Positions 41,050-51,204 of a stretch of DNA of 64,000 nucleotides are shown piece after piece; positions within the stretch are counted from its first letter, which is position 1, and every line of letters begins with the position of its first letter. Under the pieces are notes generated by a model. It was not told the origin of the DNA. It worked only from the letters and a program-made list of their open reading frames with translations, and made no database searches. The DNA comes from Alphaproteobacteria bacterium (lineage in GTDB: Bacteria > Pseudomonadota > Alphaproteobacteria > Bin95). The DNA is taken from NCBI GenBank assembly GCA_964291285.2, contig OZ219785.1:896001-960000 (forward strand), read 5' to 3'. The position numbers were made by a program, and so were the translations under genes.

Positions 41050-42837
41050 ATGAATGAACTCCAGCATTTTGTCGAGGTCGACTTTCACCGCTTCAAATCG
41101 TTTCTCCGTTTCACGATCCGACTAAATCGCTTCAACATTCTGGTTGGGCCAAATAATGCCGGGAAATCCACTGTTCTGGCTGCTTTTCGAATTCTCGCAG
41201 CTGCGATGCGGAGAGCGAATACCCGTAAACCTCATCTAGTCGCCGGTCCTAATGGACCCACATACGGCTACTCCATTGATTTGCGATCAGCGTCTGTATC
41301 CGAAGAAAATCTGTTTTATAACTACAATGATTCCGAGCCCGCGATGGTCGTCTTTAAACTATCCAATCAAAATAGATTAGTTTTGTTTTTCCCGGAACAT
41401 GGCGCTTGTAATCTTTTTGCTGAATCTTCTAGATGGGCAGTTATGTCGCCAGCCGATTTTCGCAGGCATTTTAACTGTCCCATCGGCTTTGTTCCCATTC
41501 TAGGTCCGGTTGACCATGTTGAATACTTCCATGAAAAGGAGGCCGCTCGACTGGCCTTATTCTCATATGGAGCGGCTCGAAACTTTCGGAATATATGGTA
41601 CCACTATCCTGAAAAATTTGACTTATTTCGTACTTCTCTGAGCCAAACTTGGCCGGGGATGGATATTCAACTGCCGGAGATAGTTCCTCCCGCTTATCAA
41701 CGAAAACCGACTCTAACAATGTTTTGCCCAGAAGAACGAATTCCAAGAGAGATATCATGGAGTGGCTTTGGATTCCAAGTGTGGTGTCAAATGCTTACTC
41801 ATATGATTCAGTCAAACAATATGGCACTCTTTATGATCGATGAGCCTGATATATATCTACACTCAGATCTCCAACGGCAACTGTTGGGATTATTGCGTGA
41901 CTTGGGGCCAGATATATTGATAGCTACGCACTCAACGGAAATTATAACAGAAGCAGAGGCTGATGATATAATCTTGGTAGACAAGAAGCAAAAATTGGCT
42001 CGTAGAATCAAGAGCTCAAGTCAGCTAGGAGAGGTGTTCACGATTCTTGGGTCAACACTTAACCCAGTCTTGACTCAATTGGCTAAAACTAGGCGTGCAC
42101 TATTCGTGGAGGGCGGAGATTTTCATCTGGTTGGATTGTTCGCCAGGAAGCTGAAAACGCAAATAGTCGCCAATAGGAGTGAATTTGCCGTAGTGCCCGT
42201 TGGTGGATTCAATCCCGAACGAATTCGAAGCTTAAAGGAAGGAATGGAGGCAATGCTGGGCGGAAAAATATTGGCTGCGGCAATACTGGACGGAGATTTT
42301 CGGGGAGAGGAGGAGAAGCATAGAATTATCACTTCCTTGCAAAAATTTTGCGATTATGTGACTGTTCACAGGCGGAAGGAGATCGAGAATTTCTTGCTAG
42401 TACCATCAGCTTTAGATCGCGCTGCCGAACGAAGACTTAAGGATCGGAATCGGAGGACCGGGGAAAAGAGGCAATACTCATATATCGCAGAGTCAGTTCT
42501 TGAGGAATTTTGTGCCGACGCACGAAGTGGCGTCCTAGCGCAGCATATAGCCTTTCGGAAGAGACATGAAAGGGCCCTGTCATCGGGGCTCGATGAGGCG
42601 ACAGTTAATCAAAGAGTGCTGGAGGAGTTTGATGCATCTTGGGGGGAAATGAGTTCACGCTTGGAGGTGGTGCCGGGAAAGGAAGCATTGGCGCAATTTA
42701 ATCAACAATTGCAGGAAAGGTACGGCGTTAGCATAACCCCCACCGCGATCGTCGAGGCGGTGTTGACCGAGGAGGTTCCGCGGGAGATGCGGGAGTTGGT
42801 GTCGGGGTTGGCGATATTTGCGCAGCGGAGTGTGTAA
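41050..42837 (+). CDS. OLD-like ABC-ATPase + TOPRIM nuclease, putative defence gene
   Basis: Walker A GPNNAGKST, signature SGFG, Walker B MIDEPD.YLH, IATHS; TOPRIM FVEG..D, DGD, EIENFL; visibly low GC. Confidence 0.85.
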   Translation: MNELQHFVEVDFHRFKSFLRFTIRLNRFNILVGPNNAGKSTVLAAFRILAAAMRRANTRKPHLVAGPNGPTYGYSIDLRSASVSEENLFYNYNDSEPAMVVFKLSNQNRLVLFFPEHGACNLFAESSRWAVMSPADFRRHFNCPIGFVPILGPVDHVEYFHEKEAARLALFSYGAARNFRNIWYHYPEKFDLFRTSLSQTWPGMDIQLPEIVPPAYQRKPTLTMFCPEERIPREISWSGFGFQVWCQMLTHMIQSNNMALFMIDEPDIYLHSDLQRQLLGLLRDLGPDILIATHSTEIITEAEADDIILVDKKQKLARRIKSSSQLGEVFTILGSTLNPVLTQLAKTRRALFVEGGDFHLVGLFARKLKTQIVANRSEFAVVPVGGFNPERIRSLKEGMEAMLGGKILAAAILDGDFRGEEEKHRIITSLQKFCDYVTVHRRKEIENFLLVPSALDRAAERRLKDRNRRTGEKRQYSYIAESVLEEFCADARSGVLAQHIAFRKRHERALSSGLDEATVNQRVLEEFDASWGEMSSRLEVVPGKEALAQFNQQLQERYGVSITPTAIVEAVLTEEVPREMRELVSGLAIFAQRSV

Positions 42838-43094
42838 CCCAAAGGGACGACGACGAGGTCTACGGGGGTCAGGGTCGTAAATTGGTATCCGGGGCTCTCA
42901 GGAGGGAAACCTCGGGGATGGACGGGAATACCAAACCGGCTTGAAATGGAGATGCTTGTCGATTGCGGCACAAACTGCGTGTACAGAAGTAAAGAGAGTG
43001 GTCGCCTTCTGAAATCGGGCCGGCCGGTCTGCGGACTTGGCGGTCTGCGATGGCTACCGGCGGCCTGATGGCTGTCTGACACCAAACTCCCGGC

Positions 43095-43236
43095 CACGCC
43101 CTGTCGTCCGGCGGCCGACGGACTATCCAGGGCACCGGGGTCGGTTCGCCAATGTGGCGCGGATGGTCTTCCATCCGACGCCGGAGCACCCGAACACGCC
43201 GAAGGCCGGCCTCGTCACCTATGAGCCGGGGGCGGG
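43095..43236 (+). pseudogene. Diverged partial copy of the 5' part of the cupin gene
   Basis: About 90% identical by eye to 39700-39842 (PVVRRP...GLVTYEPGAG). Confidence 0.9.
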
Positions 43237-43683
43237 AGGCCGGTCCTTCCGGTTTCTGCGGAACTGAAAAAAATCTAATGAAATTGCTTTTTGTTCGCGT
43301 TTTGAGCTTGACATCTGGCGGATTGTGATATGATGGTCCCCAGGGAAGCGGACTCCGGAGCCGCTTCCCGGGCGTTGCGCGGCCGAGCGGCGCCGGTTTC
43401 TGAAAACATGTGAGAAGCCGACGGGAGGAGTGCGCCCTCTGCCTCGCGCGCGCAATCAGGCGCGCGAACCGCGCCGGCGCCGACACGCGCCCGGGCAGGC
43501 GCGGGCGCCCGCGCAGGATACGCGCGGAAACAGGGACCCGCTCCCGGTCGGAGCAAGGAGGAACGATGACGGCAACCGACCCCCAACTGGCGGCGATGCC
43601 GGCCGAAAGGCTCGCACCCGCCGCCGGCGCCGGCGGCGGCGGCCCGGCGGGTGGTAAAGCCACAGCCCGGGGCTTCTCTCCAC

Positions 43684-43827
43684 TCGTCACCCCGGACGGC
43701 GCGCCAGCGCCGATCCGGGGGCCAGCCTCGGTTCTCGCGGCGGCTCCGGCGGCTGAGCCTGCTCCCCACCGGCTGCGGCGGCATCGGGGGCCATGGATGG
43801 ACCCCGGGAACAAGTCCGGGGTGACGA
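43684..43827. repeat. REP-doublet-like palindromic element
   Basis: 14-bp terminal IR TCGTCACCCCGGAC/GTCCGGGGTGACGA, each end folding into its own hairpin. Confidence 0.7.
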
Positions 43828-43955
43828 AAGGGGCCCGATCCGGGGCGACGGACAAGGGCCGTGCAACTGCGCCAGCCCGCAGGCGGGAGGGGAGGGCAAT
43901 GAGCGGAGCGTTATGCCCGGATCGATCATGGAACATGCCCTATACGCATGCCGAA

Positions 43956-44035
43956 CATGACATCTCATGACATTCCATGACACATGGCGGGGGAAGCCGG
44001 GCGCGCCTCATGACGAAACATGACATATCATGACA
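43956..44035. repeat. Two triplets of CATGAC at exact 10-bp period
   Basis: CATGAC at 43956, 43966, 43976 and 44009, 44019, 44029. Confidence 0.85.
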
Positions 44036-44097
44036 TGTCCGCCGGACCCTCCGCCTCCGGGCAGCGGGCGCCCGGCCATGCCAGCGAAGGAGCGCGC

Positions 44098-44979
44098 ATG
44101 ACCCCGCCCCCGGAATTCGTTCATGCCGTCGCCGATCTCGGCGAGGTGACGATCCACTATGTCTCGGCCGGCGCGGACCCCGGGAGCGCGCCGCCCGTGG
44201 TGCTGCTGCACGGCTGGCCCGAGACCTGGTTCGAGTGGCGCCATGTCATGCCCCCGATCGCCGAACACCATCCGGTGATCGCGCCGGACCTGCGGGGCCT
44301 CGGCGACTCCTCGCGGCCCGCGGGCGGCTACGACAAGCGAACGGTCGCGGAGGACATATACCGGCTGCTCTCCGAGCGTCTCGGCCTCGGGCGCTGGCAC
44401 ATTGTCGGCCATGACTGGGGCGGCCCGACCGCCTTCGCGCTCGCCGCGAGGCGGCCGGAGGCCGCGGCGAGCCTGACGGTGATCGACGTGGTGATCCCCG
44501 GTGACGGCGGGGATTTCTCGCAGGCCGGGCGGCGCTGGCACCATGCCTTCCACCGCACCCCGGAGCTGCCGGAGGCGCTGGTGGGCGGGCGCGAGGACGT
44601 CTATCTCGGCTGGTTTTACCGGGCCTATTCCGCGCGGCCCGACGCCATAGACGCCGGGGCGCGGGCGGAATATCTGCGCACCTACAGCGACCCGGAGGCG
44701 CTCCGCGCGGGCTTCGCCTACTACCGCAACCTGCCGCAGGACGCGGCCGACAACGCCGCCCTGCTCGCGACCGGCTTCCGGCTGCCCATGCCGGTGCTCG
44801 CCATCGGCGGCGGCAGGACGGACGCCTTCGGGCGCGCCGGCGAGGTCGAGGCGTCGCTGCGCCGGGTGGCGACCGACGTGCGCGGCCTGGTCGCGGAGGA
44901 ATGCGGGCATTTCGTGCCGGAGGAGGACCCGGAGCTCACCGCCCGCGCCATCCTCGACCACATCGCGCGCTCGCCATGA
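44098..44979 (+). CDS. Alpha/beta hydrolase (epoxide-hydrolase-like)
   Basis: LLHGWP, PDLRGLGDS, GHDWGG, GHFVPEE. Confidence 0.92.
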   Translation: MTPPPEFVHAVADLGEVTIHYVSAGADPGSAPPVVLLHGWPETWFEWRHVMPPIAEHHPVIAPDLRGLGDSSRPAGGYDKRTVAEDIYRLLSERLGLGRWHIVGHDWGGPTAFALAARRPEAAASLTVIDVVIPGDGGDFSQAGRRWHHAFHRTPELPEALVGGREDVYLGWFYRAYSARPDAIDAGARAEYLRTYSDPEALRAGFAYYRNLPQDAADNAALLATGFRLPMPVLAIGGGRTDAFGRAGEVEASLRRVATDVRGLVAEECGHFVPEEDPELTARAILDHIARSP

Positions 44980-45578
44980 CCGGGCAGGCGGACGGCGTGT
45001 GGGTGTTCGGCTACGGCTCGCTCATCTGGCGGCCGGACATTCCGTTCCGCGAAAGGCGGGTGGCGCATGTGGAGGGCTGGACGCGCCGCTTCTGGCAGGG
45101 TTCGCACGACCATCGCGGGGTGGCGCATGCGCCCGGCCGGGTGGTGACGCTCGTGCCCGAGGCGGGGGCGCGCTGCGGGGGCATGGCCTATTTCGTCGAG
45201 GCGGCGGCGACCGGCCGGACCTGGGACGAGCTCGACTACCGGGAGAAGAACGGCTACCGGCGCGAGACCGTGCGGCTGGAATTCCGCGAGGGCGCGGCCG
45301 AGGGCGCGGTTTACGTGGCGCCGGTCGGCAACCATGCCTTCCTGGGCCCGGCGCCCTTTTCGGAGATGGCGGCGCAGATCCTGCGCTCGGCCGGCCCGAG
45401 CGGCACCAACATCGACTATCTCCGCAGGCTCGCGGGCGAATTGCGCCGGCTGGAGATAGACGACCCGCATGTCTTCGCGCTGGAGCGCCGGGTGGAAGAC
45501 CTCGCCCGGCGGGACGGGCCCGGCTGCGGGGCCGAACACGGGACAACGGGAGAAACGGGAGGCGATCATGTGCGATGA
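44976..45578 (+). CDS. ChaC-like gamma-glutamylcyclotransferase
   Basis: WVFGYGSLIW, HRG....PGRVVTL, LDYREK, GPSGTN.DY. Confidence 0.92.
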   Translation: MTGQADGVWVFGYGSLIWRPDIPFRERRVAHVEGWTRRFWQGSHDHRGVAHAPGRVVTLVPEAGARCGGMAYFVEAAATGRTWDELDYREKNGYRRETVRLEFREGAAEGAVYVAPVGNHAFLGPAPFSEMAAQILRSAGPSGTNIDYLRRLAGELRRLEIDDPHVFALERRVEDLARRDGPGCGAEHGTTGETGGDHVR

Positions 45579-46443
45579 GAGAACGGCCCGCGAGGCGGAG
45601 GAGCATCTGCGCCGGTCGGGACGCCTGACCCGGCGCGCCTTCGGGGCGCTTTCGGTCGGGGCGGGGATGGCGATGCTGCTGCCCCGGGCCGCGGACGCGC
45701 TGGAGGTGGCGGCGGCGGATGTCGAGGTGCCGACGCCCGACGGCATGGCGGACTGCCATTTCGTGCATCCCGCGTCCGGCGCCCATCCGGGCGTGCTGAT
45801 CTGGCCGGATGCGCTCGGGCTCAGGCCCGCCTTCCGGCAGATGGCGCGGCGGCTGGCCGAATCGGGCTATGCGGTGCTGGTCGTCAACCCCTATTACCGC
45901 GCCGAGCGGGCGCCGGTGGTGCCGGAGGGAGCCTCCTTCCGGGACGAGGCGGTGCGCAGCAAGGTCTTCCCGCTGATGCGCTCGCTCACCCCGGAGAGGA
46001 CGGTGGCGGACGCGGCGGCCTTCGTCGGCTTCCTCGACGGCCGGAAAGCGGTGGCGAAGGACCGCAGGATGGGGACGACGGGCTACTGCATGGGCGGCTC
46101 GATGACCATGCGCACCGCGGCCGCCTTCCCCGACCGGATCGGCGCCGGCGCCTCCTTCCATGGCGGCAGGCTCGTGACCGACAGGCCGGACAGCCCGCAC
46201 CTGCTCGTCGGCAGCATGCGCGCGCATTACCTGTTCGCCATCGCCGGGAACGACGACGCGAAGGACCCGGAGGCGAAGACCGCGCTCCGCCGGGCCTTCG
46301 ATGCGGCGGGCCTGCCGGCGGAGATCGAGGTCTATGCCGGCACCCTGCATGGCTGGTGCCCGCCGGATTCCGCCGTCTACGACGAAGCGCAGGCGGAGCG
46401 GGCCTGGAGCCGGATGCTGGCGCTGTTCGAGGCCGCGCTATAG
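45568..46443 (+). CDS. Dienelactone hydrolase family protein (Tat-like signal)
   Basis: TRRAF, GYCMGG, SFHGG, HGW. Confidence 0.9.
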   Translation: MCDERTAREAEEHLRRSGRLTRRAFGALSVGAGMAMLLPRAADALEVAAADVEVPTPDGMADCHFVHPASGAHPGVLIWPDALGLRPAFRQMARRLAESGYAVLVVNPYYRAERAPVVPEGASFRDEAVRSKVFPLMRSLTPERTVADAAAFVGFLDGRKAVAKDRRMGTTGYCMGGSMTMRTAAAFPDRIGAGASFHGGRLVTDRPDSPHLLVGSMRAHYLFAIAGNDDAKDPEAKTALRRAFDAAGLPAEIEVYAGTLHGWCPPDSAVYDEAQAERAWSRMLALFEAAL

Positions 46444-47949
46444 GGCGGCGCCGGCGTCCTCCGCCTCCGCCGACTGCGCCCTTTGGGCGAGAAGGGCGCG
46501 GTCCACCTTGTTGGTGCTGGCGAGCGGCAGTTCGGCGAGGAAATGCACCCGGCGGGGGTGCATGTAGGCGGGCGCCTCGGCCAGCGCATGGGCCTTGACG
46601 GCGTCGGCGTCGAGCCGCGCGCCCGGGCGGGCCGCCACGAAGGCGACCGGCATGTTGCCGCGCACCGGATCCGGCACCGGCACCAGGCAGGCCTGGGCGA
46701 TGTCGGGATGGCCCTCCAGCACCTTCTCGACCTCGGAGGGCCAGACATTCTCGCCGTTGACGGTGAACATGTCGTCCACGCGGCCGACGAAATAGTAGAA
46801 GCCGTCCTCGTCGCGGCGCATGACGTCGCCGGTGCGGTAGAAGCCGTCCGCGGTCACCGCCTCGGCGGTCTTCGCCGGCAGGTTGAGATAGCCCGGCATG
46901 TTGGCCGGGCAGCGCATCTGGAGCTCGCCCTCCCCGGCGTCGAGATCGCCGCCCGAGGCGAGGCGGACATCCACCCCGTCGAGGCGCGCGCCGAGCGCGA
47001 GGTCGGGCGTCGGCAGGCCGTCGGGGTGCGCGCCGAACACGACCGGGCCCGCCTCCGTGGTGCCGTAGGAATAGGCGATGCGGGCATTGGGGAAGGCGCG
47101 GCGGGTCTCGGCGAACAGCGCGGCCGTGGCGGGCGCCGAGCCCATCGTCACCACCTCGACGGAGGACAGGTCGAGCCGCGCGATCAGCTCCCGCTCCTGC
47201 ATCGCCAGCGCGATCATGGTCGGCACGGAGGTGAGCCAGGTGCAGCCGAAACGCGGCACCGCCTCCAGGTAGCGCGGGGCGGTGAACTGCCCGAGCAGCG
47301 CCATGCTCGCGTGGCCGGCGACAATGAACTTGGAGCTGGCGAGCGCGTTCATGTGGTAGAGGGGTGCGGCGACCAGGTAGCGGTGGCGGGCGATCTCCGG
47401 GTTCGCGCGGAAGCGCATCTCGAGCACCCAGAGATGGCCCGCATGGGTGAGCGGCACGCCCTTGGGCATGCCCGTCGAGCCCGAGGTGTAGAGGATCTGC
47501 GCGACCTCGCCGGAGTCGGGAACGACGGTCTCGAACGCGCCCGGATCGAGGAAGGCCTCGAAATCCGGGCCGAATTCGACTGCGGGCAGGCCGTCCGGCG
47601 CGCGGTCCCGGCAGGCCTCGTCCACGAATACCAGCCGGGAGCCGCTGTCCCGCAGCACATGGCCCACGGTCTCGTCGGGGAAGCGCCAGTTGACCGGCAC
47701 GGCGACCAGGCCCGCGCGCATGGCGCCGAAATAGACCGCGAGCCAGTCGGCGCTGTTGGCGGCGAAGATCGCGACGCGGTCGCCGCGTTCGAGCCCCCGG
47801 GCGAGCAGTGCGCGGGCGGCGGCGCGGATGCGCTCCTCGAGCCAGCGGTGGCTGCGCACGGGCGCGGCTTCCCAATCGGCCGCATCGATGATGGCGGGCC
47901 GGTCCGGGTCCCTGTTGCGGTCCGCGAGGTCGCCGAGATTGATGCGCAT
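46438..47949 (-). CDS. Acyl-CoA synthetase (class I adenylate-forming)
   Basis: YTSGSTGMPKG, YGTTEAG, YRTGD, GRVDDM, NKVDR. Confidence 0.93.
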   Translation of the reverse strand: MRINLGDLADRNRDPDRPAIIDAADWEAAPVRSHRWLEERIRAAARALLARGLERGDRVAIFAANSADWLAVYFGAMRAGLVAVPVNWRFPDETVGHVLRDSGSRLVFVDEACRDRAPDGLPAVEFGPDFEAFLDPGAFETVVPDSGEVAQILYTSGSTGMPKGVPLTHAGHLWVLEMRFRANPEIARHRYLVAAPLYHMNALASSKFIVAGHASMALLGQFTAPRYLEAVPRFGCTWLTSVPTMIALAMQERELIARLDLSSVEVVTMGSAPATAALFAETRRAFPNARIAYSYGTTEAGPVVFGAHPDGLPTPDLALGARLDGVDVRLASGGDLDAGEGELQMRCPANMPGYLNLPAKTAEAVTADGFYRTGDVMRRDEDGFYYFVGRVDDMFTVNGENVWPSEVEKVLEGHPDIAQACLVPVPDPVRGNMPVAFVAARPGARLDADAVKAHALAEAPAYMHPRRVHFLAELPLASTNKVDRALLAQRAQSAEAEDAGAAL

Positions 47950-48073
47950 GGATGCCTGCCCCCTTCCTGCCGGCGCGGGAGAATAGCCGCTGGCGGCGGG
48001 CCTGTCCCCGCCTGCGCAGGACTGCCGCACCCGCTGGCGCGCGCCCGGCCGCCTGTGCTATTCGCCTCGGCCC

Positions 48074-48499
48074 ATGACAGACGCGCTGCCGCTCACCGTC
48101 GCCGCCCTGCAGGCGAAGATCGACGCCTCGCCCTTCAATGCCGGCATGGGGATTACCGTCACCCACGCCGACGCGGAGGCGGAGGAGGTCACCATGCGCC
48201 TGGAGATGCGCCCGGAGTTCGAGCGCGCGCACGGCACGGGCCAGTATCACGGCGGCGTCATATCCGCCTTCATCGACACGGTCGGCGACTATGCGCTGGT
48301 GGTGAACCGGGGCGGCGGCGTGCCGACCATCAACTACCGCACCGACTTCCTGCGCCCGGCCTCGAACACCGCGCTCACCGGCAAGGCCAGGGTGCGCCGG
48401 GCGGGGCGGACGGTCGCGGTGGTCGATATCGACGTTTATGACGAGCAGGGCAGGTTGGTCGCGGTCGGCCGCGGCACCTACGGCACCCAGGTCGGATGA
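48074..48499 (+). CDS. PaaI family thioesterase
   Basis: [20 protein letters not shown]. Confidence 0.9.
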   Translation: MTDALPLTVAALQAKIDASPFNAGMGITVTHADAEAEEVTMRLEMRPEFERAHGTGQYHGGVISAFIDTVGDYALVVNRGGGVPTINYRTDFLRPASNTALTGKARVRRAGRTVAVVDIDVYDEQGRLVAVGRGTYGTQVG

Positions 48500-48510
48500 G
48501 GAAGCCTTCG

Positions 48511-49053
48511 ATGCTGAGACATGTCCTTTCCCTTTTCGCTTTCCTCGGAGCACTCATCGTGACGGACGCCCAGGCCCAGAATCCCAAGGTCTATTTCGAC
48601 ATTTCCATCGACGGCCAGCAGGCCGGCCGCATCGTGCTGGAGCTGCGCAAGGACGTGGTTCCGAAGACGGCGGAGAACTTCCGTGCGCTCGCGACCGGCG
48701 AGCCCGGCTTCGGCTATGCCGGCTCGCGCTTCCACCGCGTCATTCCCGACTTCATGATCCAGGGCGGGGATTTCACCCGCGGCGACGGGCGCGGCGGCCG
48801 GTCGATCTACGACGACCGGTTCGAGGACGAGAATTTCACCCTCATCCATGACCGGCCGGGCCTGCTCTCCATGGCCAATGCCGGGCCGAACACGAACGGC
48901 TCGCAATTCTTCATCACCACCGTGCCGACGCCCTGGCTCGACGGCAAGCATGTCGTCTTCGGCCATGTGGCGGACGGCATGGACGTGGTCCGCAAGATCG
49001 AGCAGGCCCCCAACAACGCCGCCGAGATTACCGCCTCGGGCGAGGTGGAATAG
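48511..49053 (+). CDS. Cyclophilin-type peptidyl-prolyl isomerase, secreted
   Basis: Signal peptide; [48 protein letters not shown]. Confidence 0.95.
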   Translation: MLRHVLSLFAFLGALIVTDAQAQNPKVYFDISIDGQQAGRIVLELRKDVVPKTAENFRALATGEPGFGYAGSRFHRVIPDFMIQGGDFTRGDGRGGRSIYDDRFEDENFTLIHDRPGLLSMANAGPNTNGSQFFITTVPTPWLDGKHVVFGHVADGMDVVRKIEQAPNNAAEITASGEVE

Positions 49054-49066
49054 AGGCGCCGCGGCT

Positions 49067-50653
49067 TCAGGGGCCGAACACGACCTTCGGCAGCCAGGTG
49101 GTGAGTTCCGGAATGGCCGCGACCACGCCGAGCGCCAGCACCTGGATCGCGACGAAGGGGGCCACGCCCCTGTAGATCTGGACCGTCGTCACCTCGGGCG
49201 GCGCCACGCCGCGCAGGTAGAAGAGCGCGAAGCCGAAGGGCGGCGTCAGGAACGAGGTCTGCAGGTTGAGCGCGATCATGATCCCGAGCCAGACGGGATT
49301 GAGGTCCATCAGCAGCAGGATCGGCGCCACGATGGGCACGACGACGAAGGTGATCTCGATGAAGTCGAGCACGAAGCCGAGCAGGAACATCAGCGCCATG
49401 ACGAAGAACATCGCGCCGACCACGCCACCCGGCAGCGAGGTCAGGAAGCCGTGGACCAGGTCGTCGCCGCCGAGCCCCCGGAAGACGGAGGAGAACAGCT
49501 GCGCGCCGATGACGATGCCGAACACCATGGCGCTGACGCGCGTCGTGCTGCGCATGACCTCGTGCAGGCCGCCGCTGGTGTAAACGCGGGCAAGGCTGAC
49601 CCAGATGCCCCAGGCGAGCGCGATGCAGCAGAGCATAGCGACGGCGATGCCGACACCGTCCGCCGGGGGAATGTCGTCCCGCGACACCCGCAGATCCATG
49701 AAGCCGGTCAGGAACAGCACGACCACCAGCCCGATGGCGGCGGCATAGATCGGCCGGCCCTTCTCGGGGTCCAGCCTGAGCCCGCCCAGCAGCGTCGCGC
49801 CGATCGCGCCGACCGCCGCCGCTTCCGTCGGCGTCGCGATGCCGGCGAGGATGGAGCCCAGCACCGCGACGATCAGCACCACGGGCGCGACCAGCGCGCG
49901 GGCGACCTGCATGACGATCTCGCGGTCGGTCCGGCCCTGCACCAGTTCGTCGCGCGGGATCGGCGGCGAGGATTCGGGCCGGAGCCACGCGATGAACATC
50001 TGGTAGAGGATATACATGCCGACCAGGGCGAGGCCGGGGAGCAGCGCGCCCGCGAACAGGTCGCCGACCGACACGGGGTCCGGGGCGAAATTGCCGAGCT
50101 TGCGCTGCGCCTCCTGGTAGGCGTCCGAGATCTGGTCGCCCAGCACGACGAGGACGAGCGAGGGCGGGATGATCTGGCCGAGCGTGCCGGAGGCGCAGAT
50201 CGACCCGCAGGCGAGCGAGGCGCTGTAGCCGCGCCGGAGCATGGTTGGCAGCGAGAGCAGCCCCATGGTCACGACCGTCGCGCCGACGATGCCGGTCGAG
50301 GCCGCCAGCAGCGCACCGACCACGCAGACGGAAATGCCGAGGCCGCCGCGCATTGCGCCGAACAGCATGCCCATCGTGTCGAGCAGCTCCTCGGCGACCT
50401 TGGACCGCTCCAGCATGACGCCCATGAACACGAACAGCGGCACCGCGACCAGGATCTCGCTGATCATGGCGTTGCCGTACACGCGGTTCGGGAAGATGCC
50501 GAGGAACGCGAAGTCGAAGACGCCCAGAGCCGCGCTGATGCCGGCGAAGAGCAGTGCCACGCCCGCGAGCGTGAAGGCGACGGGGAAGCCCGCCATCAGG
50601 AAGCCGCACACGCTGACGAACATGAAGCAGACGAGATATTCGTTGATCGTCAT
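49067..50653 (-). CDS. TRAP large permease DctM
   Basis: AASTGIVGA, GTLGQIIPPS, TPTEAA, SFLTPPFG. Confidence 0.93.
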   Translation of the reverse strand: MTINEYLVCFMFVSVCGFLMAGFPVAFTLAGVALLFAGISAALGVFDFAFLGIFPNRVYGNAMISEILVAVPLFVFMGVMLERSKVAEELLDTMGMLFGAMRGGLGISVCVVGALLAASTGIVGATVVTMGLLSLPTMLRRGYSASLACGSICASGTLGQIIPPSLVLVVLGDQISDAYQEAQRKLGNFAPDPVSVGDLFAGALLPGLALVGMYILYQMFIAWLRPESSPPIPRDELVQGRTDREIVMQVARALVAPVVLIVAVLGSILAGIATPTEAAAVGAIGATLLGGLRLDPEKGRPIYAAAIGLVVVLFLTGFMDLRVSRDDIPPADGVGIAVAMLCCIALAWGIWVSLARVYTSGGLHEVMRSTTRVSAMVFGIVIGAQLFSSVFRGLGGDDLVHGFLTSLPGGVVGAMFFVMALMFLLGFVLDFIEITFVVVPIVAPILLLMDLNPVWLGIMIALNLQTSFLTPPFGFALFYLRGVAPPEVTTVQIYRGVAPFVAIQVLALGVVAAIPELTTWLPKVVFGP

Positions 50654-51204
50654 ACGCCGGGCCCCCGGTCTTCGGCGGCCGCACCGGCCGGGCGTTCGAG
50701 GCCGCGCATGACGAACAGCGCATGCACGAGCATGGAAAGCCCTTGCAGCGACAGCACGAACGGAAAGACGAGAAGCAGCGATTTCAGCAGCCAGAACGGC
50801 ATGAAGGTGCCTTCGGGCGAGCCTTCCAGCACGCGCACGGAGGCGCCGACATAGGTGAGGCCCTTCCAGGTCATGACGGCGCAGAGCGGCCACAGGAAGA
50901 CGAGCACGCCGATGAAGTCGATCAGCGCCTTGCGCTCCGGCGTGGCCGCTCCGTAGAAGATGTCCACCCGGACATGGCCGTCATGCAGCAGGGTGTAGCC
51001 GGCGCCGACCAGGAACAGGATCGAGTGCATGAACAGCACGGATTCCTGCATCGGGATGAAGCCGAGCCCGAACACGTAGCGCAGCAGGACGACGGCGAAC
51101 TGCATCAGCACCATGAAGAGGGCGAACCAGGACACGACCCGGCCCAGATGCTCGTTTGCGGTATCGATCGCCCGGACGAATTGCTTCAGTGCGCTCACCG
51201 GCAT
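50650..51204 (-). CDS. TRAP small permease DctQ
   Basis: YTLLHDGHVRVDIFY. Confidence 0.9.
   Translation of the reverse strand: MPVSALKQFVRAIDTANEHLGRVVSWFALFMVLMQFAVVLLRYVFGLGFIPMQESVLFMHSILFLVGAGYTLLHDGHVRVDIFYGAATPERKALIDFIGVLVFLWPLCAVMTWKGLTYVGASVRVLEGSPEGTFMPFWLLKSLLLVFPFVLSLQGLSMLVHALFVMRGLERPAGAAAEDRGPGV

Noticed and set aside
41050-42837. Gabija, PARIS or retron system call
   Set aside because: No UvrD helicase, AriB or reverse transcriptase adjacent; only a single OLD-like gene is supported
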